Below, piece by piece: positions 12,301 to 24,800 of a stretch of 64,000 bases of DNA. The stretch lies in contig CM060733.1 of NCBI GenBank assembly GCA_030704615.1, forward strand, positions 40,796,001 through 40,860,000. The letters run 5' to 3'. The stretch's first letter is position 1. Every line of letters begins with the position of its first letter. This DNA is from Takakia lepidozioides. Its lineage: Eukaryota > Plantae > Bryophyta. The position numbers and the translations under genes are program-made. The notes under the pieces are model-generated. The model was given only the letters and a program-made list of their open reading frames with translations. It did not search any database and was not told where the DNA came from.

Positions 12301-13852
12301 ACGAGAAACATGTGCACTGACATAATTACAGTCCGAAAACCAGAACTTCAGGTTGCTCATTGGATTATTCTCTAGAGTTCCAAAGCCCGAAAGCTGCTGT
12401 GGATTCCCATGTGCTCTATATATATGTCTAGAATCTAGAATACTTCTCTGAGTTGGTCCGGTGCTCTCTAATTGAGTGGGTTGATACGTAAAATGAACTA
12501 CTCGTGGTATCTATGGAAGGTGAGCGCTGTGATGCACCTTGAGCACGTTAAAACTTACCTGTATCTGAACTGACAAATTAGCACAGAGAGGACTCCCACA
12601 CACTTTCTGGTACTTAATGAGCTCTACACTCATCTTCACATGTGGGTTTCTGTAGGTAAGTTGTTTCCCAAGGGATGGAAGGTTTTCGTGTTGCTACGCA
12701 ACTTCCACTTGGACGCAAAGATGTGGCCGAATCCTTATAAGTTCGACCCCTCCCGCTTCAAGGTGCTATTTCACTTCCAGTTCTACCCAGGCTGTTTTTA
12801 TAGATTCTCTAGAGATATGATCAAAAGAGTAATGTTGGTAGTGTCGGTCGTACACATATAAGCAATATGGTTGAGTACAATTCAATCCACCACTTCCTTC
12901 TGACAATGGAGCAGAGCTCATAGTCTACCAATCCATGATTCAGTAATATTTCTCTAACCCTTTGGAGAGTCGGTGGAACATGTGAATTTGCATGTACCAT
13001 TCATGTACTAATTATATCAAGCCTGAGTTCCAACCTTGCTAAATTGTGAGTTTCCTTACGAATAGATCGGCTTCTGGTGAGCATACCGATAGTCGACCGT
13101 AATTTTCAGTTGAGGGCTGTAAATTCTATTCAGCTTCCTACACTGCCAGGTCCCTTCAAGCATCAGATATAAAGCTACGTCGTAGTTGAGTCTCGTTTGA
13201 AAATATTGATCGATCTAGACAGGTCTTTAGATAGTTTGGCCTTCTCATTACTACAGTCTAATTGGTCAAGTTGTACATGTCACGCTCTGCCAAATATTCT
13301 AGGTGGCGCCAGCACCCGGTACCTTCATGCCATTCGGCAATGGCAGCCATCACTGCCCAGGAAGTGAGCTAGCCAAATTGACAGCCTCGGTCTATCTTCA
13401 TCACCTTGTCACGAAGTACACGTATGTCGTCTATTCATACCGATTTCAAGACATTTAGCATACGTACATAATTGTCGGTTTTGAAATCAGTTCTGAAGTT
13501 GACTACTACAGTAGTTCACTGCACCAGTTCTAGACATCTAAGAGATATGAGATCGTGAGCTGTCAATGAATGGAACAGCAGAACACCTACAGTGTCACAT
13601 TGGCTGCATTATGTTAAATTGTCATGATTAATTCGATTAGTGTACATGTAGGCCTGCCTTATTATAATATTCAGAGTGATTTAAGTGCACCTGTGAGATC
13701 AAACCAGGTAATCTGATCCCGACATGGGGTTGGGCTTTGTGAAAATCTGCAGCTGGAAATTCGCTGGGCCTGACAAAGGCACCGAATTCTGGCCATCTCC
13801 CACGCCCATTGGAGGAATGCCACTCACTATGAACAAAGTGCAAGTGCACTGA
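9316..13852 (+). CDS. Cytochrome P450, CYP85 clan, CYP707A (ABA 8'-hydroxylase)-like; 9 exons
   Basis: GT-AG exons: 9316-9527, 9859-10171, 10442-10594, 11093-11353, 11725-11817, 12201-12279, 12656-12762, 13303-13421, 13753-13852, joining in frame. N-terminal TM anchor and [13 protein letters not shown]; I-helix FAGHTTS; ETLR (ExxR); FDPSRF; heme motif [16 protein letters not shown], close to CYP707A FGNGxHxCPG.ELAKL. The 79- and 107-bp exons are typical of the CYP85 clan. Confidence 0.92.
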
Positions 13853-14526
13853 TGAGATTATGTGGATGCATGCCTGGATCACTGACTGGGGACTGTTGGT
13901 TGAAACGCTATCCTATCTAGAACAAGCCAAGAGAGCCAATAAAATTGTAGCTACCTTCTGCAGGCCTTCTGCAGCTCATGGTACCCATGAGAGGAGTTAT
14001 TAGTGTATATAAGGATTCCATATAATGTTCAAGATCAGCTGCGATTCCAGTCTCCGAGACTCATGTGCAGTGTATCACAATCAAAAGAACATTGAGCACT
14101 GGCACGCAAACGTGTATCTGCTTCATTATTTGTAAAACGTGTGTGATAATACCCTTCAAAAGCTCATGGAATCGCATCGCTGGGCCTACACTCATGATTG
14201 TTTTCTTCTTAGATAGCCTGTAATGAAATCTTCTAGTGCATGCATGTACTGCGAGTTTGAATGTTTGGAAGTTGATTTGAGTCTGCTCAATGGGATCTAC
14301 CCCGTGAATCATGTCTCATAATGAAGTTCATTTACCTCCCCTACACATACTAGCTAGTCCAGGACAACTGACTGCCATCTGTCCTCACCGCTTAAGTTTG
14401 GTCTCTGCACATCCATATTGAACCAAGCTAAAGTTGTCACCCGGCCACTAGCTGGCCACAATAGCAGCATCGCTGTGTGATTCTGGGCTGGATTTGGTAG
14501 CAGCGTGAAAGGTGGCCAGCGCCTTG

Positions 14527-14909
14527 TATAGAAATTATTGACGAGTATAGACTTGCACGAGTCAAGAATGCCACAAGGAACTTGCAAATTCTGATTCAGA
14601 TCAGAGGAACTACATAAAGCTGAACTCACACTTCTTGCATAGAATGAGATAAAAGGCTAACACAAGATCAAAGACTATATACCTAGCTTCCATACCTTAG
14701 CATGAGTAAAGGCATTAACAAAAAATGAGCACTGTTCAACGATCATGCTTGGCTATGAGTAATACTAACACATACTGGTGTGCCGGCCAATAAGTGGCGA
14801 GTCCGGTAAGCTGGAAGTGGATCATGGCTTTTTCTAGAACATGAGTATACTCTACAAGTAGAGTATTTAGTACTAAATACTCTGCAGTTGTAATTTCTAA
14901 ATTTCTACA
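14527..14909 (-). repeat. 3' LTR of Copia 1
   Basis: Plus-strand ends tatagaaatt...aatttctaca (imperfect inverted termini, TG decayed to TA); adjacent minus-strand purine tract gagtaggag. Confidence 0.65.
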
Positions 14910-15009
14910 CTCCTACTCAGTGAGCATTCTCTTGCAGATAATGGGATCTGGCCGATTTGACTAGATATCTCACCCTCCCACTGCTTCCGTTGACCCTCCC
15001 ACTCCCACT

Positions 15010-15290
15010 CTGTGTTTTTTTTCTTGGCGAAAAATCGCCAAATGGTGACCTCAAAACATTAAAATAGAATATTCTGTCGTAAATTCCCAATTTTTTCATG
15101 GATGAAATCGCCAAACTTCTTAAAGGGGAAAAAAAAAAACAATGGATGAATTTGCCAAATGTGGATGATATAAAAGGATGAAAGTACGTAGGAGGATGAT
15201 TCTATCCAAATTTTCAATGGATGAACAGAATATATAGCTATTTTTTGTAGCCACTCTTGCTATTTTTCAAATTTAAGAAAAAAATTACTG
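15010..15290. mobile_element. hAT-type MITE
   Basis: Exact 8-bp TSD ctcccact (15002-15009 and 15291-15298); imperfect TIR c(t)gtgttttttttc / gaaaaaaattactg. Confidence 0.85.
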
Positions 15291-18200
15291 CTCCCACTGC
15301 TTCCGTTGACCCTCCCACTCCCACTGCTACCGTTGCGGGTAAGAGAATCATGCCAAGGAGTATGCGAAGCTTTTCGAACCGATCAGCCGGTAGTGCTTTC
15401 GTGAACAGGTCAGCTAGCTATTGTATTGTGGATGTTAATGGTGCTGAGAATCTGGTGCTTGGACGTCGATATGCTTAGTTTGACGATGAAACTCAGGATT
15501 GTGGACGAGTCGAATAGAGCTTTGATTAGGCTGAGTTTGAGGAAACCCAAGGGTAGTAAGGAGCCGGCGGAGCCAAACCACGTCCTTCGTGACAGCTCCG
15601 TTGTAGAGCTGGCAACACAGGTCTGTTTCCAGCTACACCATATCACAGGTGCTTGATTGAGAAGAATTGTGTAGCCCATCCTAGACTTTTTGTCCGTAAT
15701 ATCCCCAACGTAGTCGGCATCGGCTTAGGCCTCAATGAGGTTTGTCCCGCTGTTGTCATTGTAACACAAAGCAAGATGAATAGCACCAGATAGATACTTG
15801 AAGATTCTCTTGACTACAAAACAATGGGACCTCTGAGGCCGAGAAGAGAATTTTGCAACTGTATTCACGACGTAAGAGATGTCAGGTCTAGTGCCCATTT
15901 GACAAACTGCAGACTTCCCACCGATTCTGAGTAGGGGAATGACAGGTCTGAGTCGTTTAGAGAGTCTAGGCTATCTACATCAAGTCGGACGTTGGGGTCC
16001 GCTGGAGTAGCAACAGGTGTGCAGTGATCAAAGCCGAAGCGATGGAGAATTCTCTTGATATACATGGATTGGTCAATCCAGAGTAGCTTGTGCGCACGAT
16101 CTCGTATGATGTAGAGACCAACATACACATCAGCAGTAGATGTAGATACTTCAAATTCTTTCTCCATGTGCAAGATCGTACATGTAAGTTTCTCTGTGTG
16201 AATGCAGCACCCGAGGCCGTCGTCGACAAAGATGGTCGTGATGAGAAGGGGTAGCTGCCGGTTGGAGTAGACACAAGGATCAGCGTCGGTAGGGTGCAAA
16301 TCGTATTGTGTCAGGAAATCGTGAAACCTTTGATTATAAACTCTGGAAGATTGCTTGAGCCCATAAAGGCTCTTATGTAAATGACAAACATTTCCCAGCT
16401 TCTTCCCCAGGGGCTGTGAAGCCTTCAGGCTGTAGCATGTAAATTTCCTCCTCCAGGTGCCTGTACAAAAACGTAGTCTTGATATCGAATTGGGCTCTGT
16501 CCATATCTTGCTAGGCAGCAATGGAAAACACAGTCCTAATGGACTCATACTTAACGACTGGGGAAAAGGTCTGATCATAGTCCACGCCATATTCTTGGCT
16601 GTAACCTTTGGCCACAAGTCGAGCCTTGTATTTTGCAATGGCCCCTGTAGACGTCGTCTTTTCCTGTATACCCACTTAGAAGAAATAGCCTTATGGCCAA
16701 TAGGTAAGTGTGTCAAGACCCAGGTCTCATTTTTTATCAGGGACTGGAATTCCTCGCTCATTGCTTTTTGCCATTCAATGGAGTCAGGGCAACTAATGGC
16801 CTCAGAAAAAGTGACTGGCTCCTTGGCAGGACATTGGTTTCCACAATACCTACAAAAGAGCTCATGTAATAATCTTTGAGTCTTTCAGGAGGTCCCCGAA
16901 GTCGTTGGGGTCGTAAATTAACGTGCTGATTGGCAAAATGACCATCACCGTTGGGAGCTTGGGTGGCAATAGCCAAATCACGATTTTGAACGGCAACTTC
17001 TTCTTCGATATGAGCTGTCTCAAATGTCTCGGTTGCAGTTGCCGGAGTGCACTCATCAATGGCCGTTGATTCATGATCTTCATGGCCTGTAGGTGGTATC
17101 ACAGAAGTGATGACATCATAGAAAAGTCCTGATGCTTCATCAAAATGATGATCAGCAATGTCATGGGGCGATAAGAACTCATCAAAAAAGACATCGCGGC
17201 AAATTATAATTCGATGTTTCTTAGCATCTCAAAGACGATAGGCCTTAGAGTCTTGAGGCTCTTAGAATCTAGTTTTTTTCTGAGCTCTTTGGGGATGCTT
17301 CCAAACATCCGTAAATGATCCACTGCGGGTTTATGGCCCGTCCATAATTCATAGGGTGTCACTCCATTGTGCACTCGAGAACCTGAACGGTTGAGTACGT
17401 AGGTTGCAGTCTGGGCTGCCTCCCCCCAATATTGCAAGCTTCAATCGCTTGGCGTGTAGCTGCGAATAGATTCAACGAGGGTTCTATTCTTTCACTCTGC
17501 TGATCCATTCTGCTGCGGGCAGTATGGGGCCGTGGTCTCATGACGAATCCCAACATCATCGAAATATTTGATGAACTCGGTGCTCAAATATTCGCCTCCC
17601 CTGTCACTACGGAGCTTTGTAATTTTGTTCCTAGTTTCTCTCAAAACTGCTCCTTTAAGCTGCTTGAAGACATCGAAGACATCTGATTTCTTGCGGATGC
17701 AATACTCAAAGTGGAATCCACTGAAATCATCCTTAGATAGGACAAAGTACCGAGTTGACACTCATGGGCCCACAAACATCAGTGTGAAAGAATTGGGAAC
17801 GGCTGCTTGTGGTTCTTCCCAAAGGCACAACCTTCACATAGGCCAAGCTCATAGTTCTTGGTTGTAAGTTACAGACCTGTAACCACATTACTTTTCACCA
17901 TCTGGAGGATCATGTTGGTGTTGACATGGCCCACACGCTCGTGCCACACACTCTCAAGCTTTTGGCAGTAGGCATTTTTCCACTTGGGGGTGGATTTGGA
18001 TTGGTCAGGGTGACATTGGCCTTGCTTGTGGGTTTCACCACCCTAAGGTGTAGTCCATACAATTTGTTAGACCGAATATCAATCAACATAACTTTGCCTC
18101 GTCCTTCTTGGCTAGTGAGAAAACATTCCTCTCGCCTGTAGGTGGTCACAAACGAAGGACGCTAAAACGTGAGCGGTGAGCTGGAAATCGTGAGCCTATA

Positions 18201-18419
18201 ATATAAATTGTATATTATTATGAGCATGGATGGGTCGTCAAAACATTAAGAAATGGGACGTACTTCCGTGGATTACTGCATAACGACCTTATATCTGAGG
18301 AAGCCAAAAAATGACAATATGAGGGTATTTCCGTGGATTACTGCATAATATCCGAGGATGCCCAAAAATGACAATATGAGGGTCGCTGTCCATGTTTTGT
18401 AAAAATATAAATTAAATAA

Positions 18420-19490
18420 AAAAACACTGTTGTCTGATATGCGTCGGCGCATACGATATATAAGGGCCACTGTACCTTGTTTTGTAAAACAAGAAATTAA
18501 AAAAATTAAAAAAAAATGTTTTTAAAAAAACATTGTTGTCTGGTATGCGCCGGCACATACAAAATATGAGGGCCACTGTCCCCTATTTTGTAAAACAAAA
18601 ATTAACCAACAGTCAGTAGCTCAGATGGTTAAGTGCACTGAGTGCCACCCAGATGATTCCGGGGTCAAATCTTGCTACTGACGGGTGTGGTATGGTTCCT
18701 GGGCGGTGTCCCACTCATTCGCCTCCATGGCACATAAATGAAAGAGATTATTTTCTCCTCTCACTACTAAGGGGCCTGATTTGTGAGCTGTCGCTCCTAG
18801 GTGTTTCCATTCTTTAAAAAAATTCAAAACAATTCAAAAAAATAAAAAAATAAAAAAATAAATTTATTTATATTAAAAACACTGTTGTCTGATATGCGTC
18901 GGCACATATGCAGTGAGGGCCACTGTCCCCTGTTTTGTAAGAATTTGTTTTTTTTTTAAATTTAAAACAAATATTCAAAAAATAGTTTTTAAAAACAAAA
19001 CATTGTTGTCTGATATGCACCGGCGCATATGCACTTGTGAGGGCCACTGTCCCCGTTTTGTAAAAAAAATATTAAAAACATATTCTTAAAAACAAAACAT
19101 TGTTGTCTGGTATGCGCCGGCACATATATAGTGATGGGCCTGTTTTGTGAAACAAAAATTAAAAATTAAAATAAAATTAAAATTAAAAATAAAAATATAT
19201 TAAAAAAAAATCATTGTTGTCTGATATGCGCCGGCGCATATGAAGGCCACTGTCCCTGTTTTGTAAAAACAATTTTTTTTTAAATTTTTTTTCTTAAAAC
19301 AAAACACTATTGTCTGGTATGCGCCGGTGTATACGAAATATGAGGGCCATTGTCCCTTGTTTTGTAAACACATTAAAAAAAAAATTAATATATATATATA
19401 TGTGTGTGTGTTTAAAAAAAAAACACTGTTGTATGGTATGCGCTGGCGCATATGAAATATGAGGGCCATTGTCCCTTGTTTTGCGAAAAA
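18420..19490. repeat. Tandem array of 8 units (about 60-bp conserved core plus A-rich linkers)
   Basis: Core caYtgttgtctgRtatgcgccggcgcata...gagggccactgtccc.gttttgtaaaa at about 18425, 18531, 18880, 19001, 19098, 19212, 19305 and 19423. Confidence 0.9.
18612..18812 (+). mobile_element. tRNA-derived SINE (tRNA-Gly-like head)
   Basis: A box tagctcagatgg and B-box-like gggtcaaatc. Acceptor-like pairing gtcagtagc/gctactgac; GCC in the anticodon-like loop. Followed by a tRNA-unrelated body and A-rich tail; interrupts the tandem array. Confidence 0.75.
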
Positions 19491-20039
19491 AACCCCCCCC
19501 CCCCCGATGAAACTATTCTGAGATTCATTCCTGCTGAGGATTGGCTGTTGCAGAGAATGAAACAGATGGATAAATGGATGTAATAGATGTCATCTGCAAT
19601 GACTGAAAAAGGTTAATCATGGCCATGCAAGTTCGGAATTCCATGCTGACGTGGCGTGAGCCTATGCTGGGCTCACGGACTCCTGGGTTCACAAGCTCAT
19701 GCCCCCAGGCTCACGGAATAGCAACCCTGGTCGCCAACCCCTTATCAACTGCTTGACCTACTGAAAAAAAGTTCTTCTTGAGCTCTGATACGTAGAGAAC
19801 GCGTGACATCGTTATCTTTTCCCAGTTATTATCAATCAAACACTCGATTATGATGTTGCCGACACCACAAACCCAAAGTTTCATATTATCGGCAATCATA
19901 ACTGGCCACTTGTCTGGAGCAATCTCCTCAAGAGTATCAAACCACTCAAGCTTATCCGTCATATGCTCAGTAGCTCCACCATCCGCATACCAAGTGTTGT
20001 CACTATTGTTGCTAGAATTGCATGTGATCGTAACAAAGG

Positions 20040-21096
20040 CCTGGGCGATGCACCCCAGCCAACTTGTACCAGCCATGTGCATGCACATGAGGGGGTATTT
20101 TTAACCCCCCCATGTACAACATTATACATACATAGGGGGTAAACAATACGTTAAATATAAGTCTACAGCAAAAGATTAGCATGATTATGAGGATAGTGTA
20201 GTGGTAATGATTAGTATTGTGAAGACACCCAACGTGGGTTCAAATCACTATGCAATTTGGAGTTTTCCGAAAATTTTGAAAATACATATATATTTCATTA
20301 TGCAGATTTGAAATCAAAACCACCTATACACCATAAGTATCTCCATACCACTAGACTACTCCACAATTCTTGAAACAATTGTAATGATTAACAGTAATAT
20401 AGAAGAAAGACAGTTTGTTGTGTTTTGTGTCATCGTTGAGATCTCCCAAACCGCGGGGCCCCAGCCCTGGTGTTTGGTACCATTGGAGGGGTGCACCGGC
20501 TTGGTCTCATAATTTTGGGACTTGCGATGTGGGAGATATAAATTTTCAAGTACTTTTGGTCGTTAGAAACTCGCGAAAAATAACAAAGTGGGCTTTCTTG
20601 CAACAATGACTGACCCTTCATTTGTCATTTGTGCACGGGGACATAAATGTAAATTGGGATTTATTTTCAAATATGACATTAACACAATATTGTTTGTAAG
20701 ATCATTGAGATCTTCCAAACTACGGGGCTTCTAGCCACGATTTTGGTACCCTTGGAAAGCCCTCAATGAGTAGGGATGCACCAACTTGGTTTCATAAAAT
20801 TTGGACCTACAGGCCGAGGTCTGTTTTTAAATGAATGTATTCGATATAATATAAAGACATACATATACATATTTGAGGGTATTTTTTTAATGATTGAAAC
20901 GGGGAATACACATACAGAAGGGGGGTGCTTTTTAAAAATTATAAATTTCTGTATATTTACAGGAGAGGGTTTTATAATCTTCAAAAAGTATGTACAGAGG
21001 GGGTATAAATTATCCAATGACCCATATACGGGGGGTTTTTTAATTAGCCAGCGAACGCATGTGATATGACATTTTATAAAGAGTGCACCCCCCAGG
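20040..21096. mobile_element. Non-autonomous DNA transposon with 8-bp TSD (hAT-type)
   Basis: Exact TSD aacaaagg (20032-20039 and 21097-21104); TIR cctgggcgatgcac / gtgcaccccccagg. Removal restores Copia ...STAFVTITC.... Confidence 0.85.
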
Positions 21097-21573
21097 AACA
21101 AAGGCAGTACTGTCATTGAATTCTTCAGAGGCGATGACATTTGCTTTGCTCTTAGATTTCTTATCTTGTTTCTTCTTTTCGCACTTCCTTTCCCAGTGAC
21201 ATTTTGCGTGACAGTGATTGCATCTGGTCCTCTTCTTAAGCTCAACGATTCGCTGGGCACGCTTAATTTTCTAGTCTTCCACTGTGACAGCCTTTTGCAT
21301 GCTGCTACTGTTTGGGCGACTAGAGAAAAATGTTTTCTCCTTCCTCAGATACCTCATATATACGATTGCGACTTTCCTCCTTCAACAATCGGAGGGTGAG
21401 GTTTTCGATGGTCTGCTGGTCGGTGGGACGCTGTCCCATGCAGAGGCCAGATGTCTATAACTTTGTGGCAAAGTTCCTATGATCTTGGTCATGACAACTT
21501 GGTTTGAAATGGACTCTCCAAGATCATTGAGTTGGTTTGCCATGACCTCAATAGCGCTGATGTGGTCACCAAC

Positions 21574-21860
21574 CACTGCAAGAAAAAGGGGGGGTTTTCG
21601 ACGTCGCGGCCACGTCGCAGCCACGCCGCGGCGTCGTAAAACAGCGGGCAGGGAGGATAAATCAAATTTGCGACGCCCGAACATCGCAAGGGCGTCGCCA
21701 AAAATACGTCGCAAATTTGCAACCAATGGGGGTTGCAAATATGCGAAACCTTTAAAATAATCATATTGTGAATGGTATATAAACCTGCAATGAAAGCCTA
21801 GAAGACATCGAGTTGTTTTGGGAAAAAATTGAGAAGTACTTCTATTCTAGTTTGTGTAGA
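21574..21860 (+). mobile_element. CACTA/CACTG-type transposon terminus (one end only)
   Basis: Begins CACTGCAAGAAAA exactly where Copia 1 gag homology stops; followed by subterminal tgcgac/gtcgca repeats in both orientations. No partner end found. Confidence 0.7.
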
Positions 21861-21869
21861 TTCTAGGTG

Positions 21870-24800
21870 TTACAATCGTCGAGAAAGAGCATCTGATTTT
21901 TCTTGAAGATGTCCGGGACGGTAGGTAATAAAAAAATCAAACCTTGCTAGTGACATACTCCATCTCGCTTGACGTCGATTCAAAACACGAGCACTCATAA
22001 AATACTCGAGGTTTTTGTGATCGGTGTAGACAGTGACATGATGTTTAGCTCCTTCTAATAGATGAAGCCATTCTTCAAAAACATCGATAATCGCTAGAAT
22101 TTTTTTGTTATGGATTTCATAATTGATCTCCGCAGCGGAAAATTTGCGAGAACGAAAACCAACAGGGTGAAGTCGGCCATCCGTACCGTATTGAGAGAGT
22201 ACAGCGCCAAGTGCAAAGTTCGATGCATCTGCAAAAGAATGGTTTAGATGGGTTTGCATGTACCAGTATTGGAGCTGTTGTAAATGTTTGTTTCAGCCTT
22301 TCAAATGCCTGGTCAGCATTCTCGTCCCATACAAATTTGTCCTTCCCTGTGAGTCGTGTCAATGGTGTAGCAATTTTGGAGTAGTCTTTGATGAAGATTC
22401 TATAAAAATTTACAAATCGCAGAAATCATTGTACATTTCGGACTAAAGTTGGTTTAATCCACTCGATGATGATTTGTATTTTCTTCTGATCCATAAAGAC
22501 ACATTTTGTCGGAAATAATGTAGCCCAGAAATTCGATCTCAGATTGATGGAAAAAATATTTTTCCAACTTGACATATAATCCTCTTTATCTTAATTTATC
22601 AAAGATAAGGCGTACATGGCGGCCATGTTCTTCTTCATTATGTGAAAATATCAAAATGTCGTCCAAATAGATGACGACAAAGTCATCTAAAAATTCTCGA
22701 AAGATGTCATTAATCATATGTTGGAAAATTGCTGGAGCATTTGCAAGACCGAAATGCATAACACTGTATTCAAAATGTCCATACCTTGTTCGAAAAGCTA
22801 TTTTCTGTTGGTCTCATTCTTTTATCCGTGCAAGATCATAAGCTCATCTCAAGTCAATTTTGGTGAAAATCTTTGCTCGTCCCAGCTGGTCGAGAAGCCC
22901 AGAAATCAGCGACAACGAATAACGATTATTAATTGTGACTTTGTTGAGACCGCGATAGTCTACACACATGCGTAATGATCCGTCATTCTTTTTCACAAAC
23001 AAGATAGGCGCCCCCCCAGGTGATTTTGAATGTCGGATGAAGTTCTTTGACAAATTTTCATCAATGTATTCACGTAATGCAGCCAACTCCGTCTGGGATA
23101 AATTATAGATTGGGCCGAATGGTGGTTGGGCTCCTTCTTGTAACTCAATTGCACAATCATAAGGTCGATGTTCTGGCAATATGTCTACATTTTTCTTCTC
23201 GAAAACATCCTTGAAATCTTGATATTGAGTGGGTAATGTTGAGGTACCTTTATCTGTTGTGGTCTTAATCGGAGTCGCATGAAGTGCAAATGCCGCATCT
23301 TTTTTAGTAGCTCTTATGAAAGCTCTAGCTCCAAGGAACAAGGGTTGAATACCTTTGATATTTCTACATTTTTGTCTTGGAGAAATTTTTCGCGATCGCT
23401 AGTCGATGTCAAGATTGTAAAGTACGAACCAAGGAAGTCCAAGAATCACAAGATTCGTTGGGGACTGGATGACGTTGAAAACAGTATGTGATGCTTGATC
23501 TTTAAGCTTCACTTCAAGTGATCGAGTTTCGTGGTCAACATTTCCTGATGCTAACGGTCGTCCATCGATGACTTCAATGGGGGCCGAGAGTTTTCTCTTT
23601 ACGAGCGTTAAATTGTGTTGCTTTGCAAAAATTTTGTCAATAAAACATGCTGAAGCCTCTGAGTCAAAAAATGCTTCTACAGAGATATCTCGATTTTGCA
23701 CTCTGATTTTTACCGAAACTGTGAAACAAGGTACAGGGTCTGGAGGTAGAAATAGACTTTTTTTTTGTGAGAAATTTGTGGTGCCCAGCCGCATGGTCCC
23801 TACTGTGATTGGACATCTTCGTTTTCCGACCTCATCGTATCGAACACTTGAGTTGCGCCACGAGCTTTGAATCTTCTCTTGTTATGGCAGTTAATGCTAT
23901 GTGATTTTTTTCTCCGCAATAGAGGCATAATCCATTCGAGCGCCGTCTTTGCTTTTCTTGTGGCGTCAATGGCTTGAATCGGACAATATCAATCTGCATA
24001 TGATCACTACCAAATGTCTAATGGATCGTTGTGTTTGGTGCCGTAGTAGCAGCGACATGATGCGTCGTCGATCATCCAGATCGTTTCTCTTGACGTCTTT
24101 CAAACAAACGATTATCGCATGTAATGACTTGGGTGATGAATTCGATCAATGTACCCACGTTTGACATTGTCAGCAACAAATCTTTTACATCATCTTTTAG
24201 GCCACATCGAAACTGACTAATGAGACTCTTTTCATTCCAGTTGAGGTCGCACGCAAGTTGTCAAAATTCGGCAGCATAAACGGAAGCAGGACGTGCTCCT
24301 TATCAAAGATTTCGCATCTTTGTCTTTGCAACTTTCTCTTTATCATTCTCTCCAAACGTTGCAGTGAACTCGGACATGAATGCTTCAAAATTGTATAGTA
24401 AATGCGATTTTTTTTCTCATAGCGGTGCGAACCAAGATAAGGCAGTGTCTAATAGAAGGGTGCCCACGAATCCCACTTGAATATCTTCATCAGGGTAGCG
24501 TTGTGGATGTAATCGTAGGAACAATCGTACTTGTTGAACAAAATCCCGAAATCTTGATTCCGTCCCATCAAATTTCTCGGGCATGCTGATCTTTGGTTCT
24601 CTCGTAATCTGTTGAAGAGGAACCGTTGCAGTAGGAGCTGTTGCAATAGAGACTCGTATGGTTGAAGATCCATTGTTCGACTGAAATTTGTTGTTGCAAA
24701 TTGTGAAGAACGTTGTCAAAATCTTGAGACTGATCAGCTTGTAATTGGGCGATAGAGATACGAAGTTCTTGCATCTGGAGCTGAAGACTCTGCAAGGTGA

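Larger units (their letters stand above)
18153..19729. mobile_element. Non-autonomous hAT-type element with internal tandem array
   Basis: Imperfect TIRs (cagggttgctattccgtgagc vs cgaaggacgctaaaacgtgagc); 8-bp TSD gtcacaaa/gtcgccaa. Removing it restores the Copia frame DKGLATTYRREECFL. Confidence 0.8.
14527..21573 (-). mobile_element. Ty1/Copia retrotransposon 1 (decayed, 5'-truncated, with nested insertions)
   Basis: Gag (21100-21573, MANQLNDLGESISNQVVMTKIIGTLPQSY), protease (WYADGGATEHMT, 19730-20039), GAG-pre-integrase and integrase (LRSDRGGEYLS, PQQNGSAE, 17200-18150), RT (LHKSLYGLKQSSR, FVDDG, 15865-16761), RNase H (TKHIDVKHQ, 15330-15700). Purine tract then 3' LTR. Confidence 0.92.

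Noticed and set aside
18612-18682. Functional tRNA genes (also 20190-20250, 38163-38237, 56975-57035)
   Set aside because: Cloverleaves are imperfect and continue into SINE bodies or tails, or sit inside transposons.
18420-19490. CRISPR array
   Set aside because: Spacers are low-complexity A/T tracts, there are no cas genes, the context is eukaryotic, and the array lies inside a TIR/TSD-bounded transposon.
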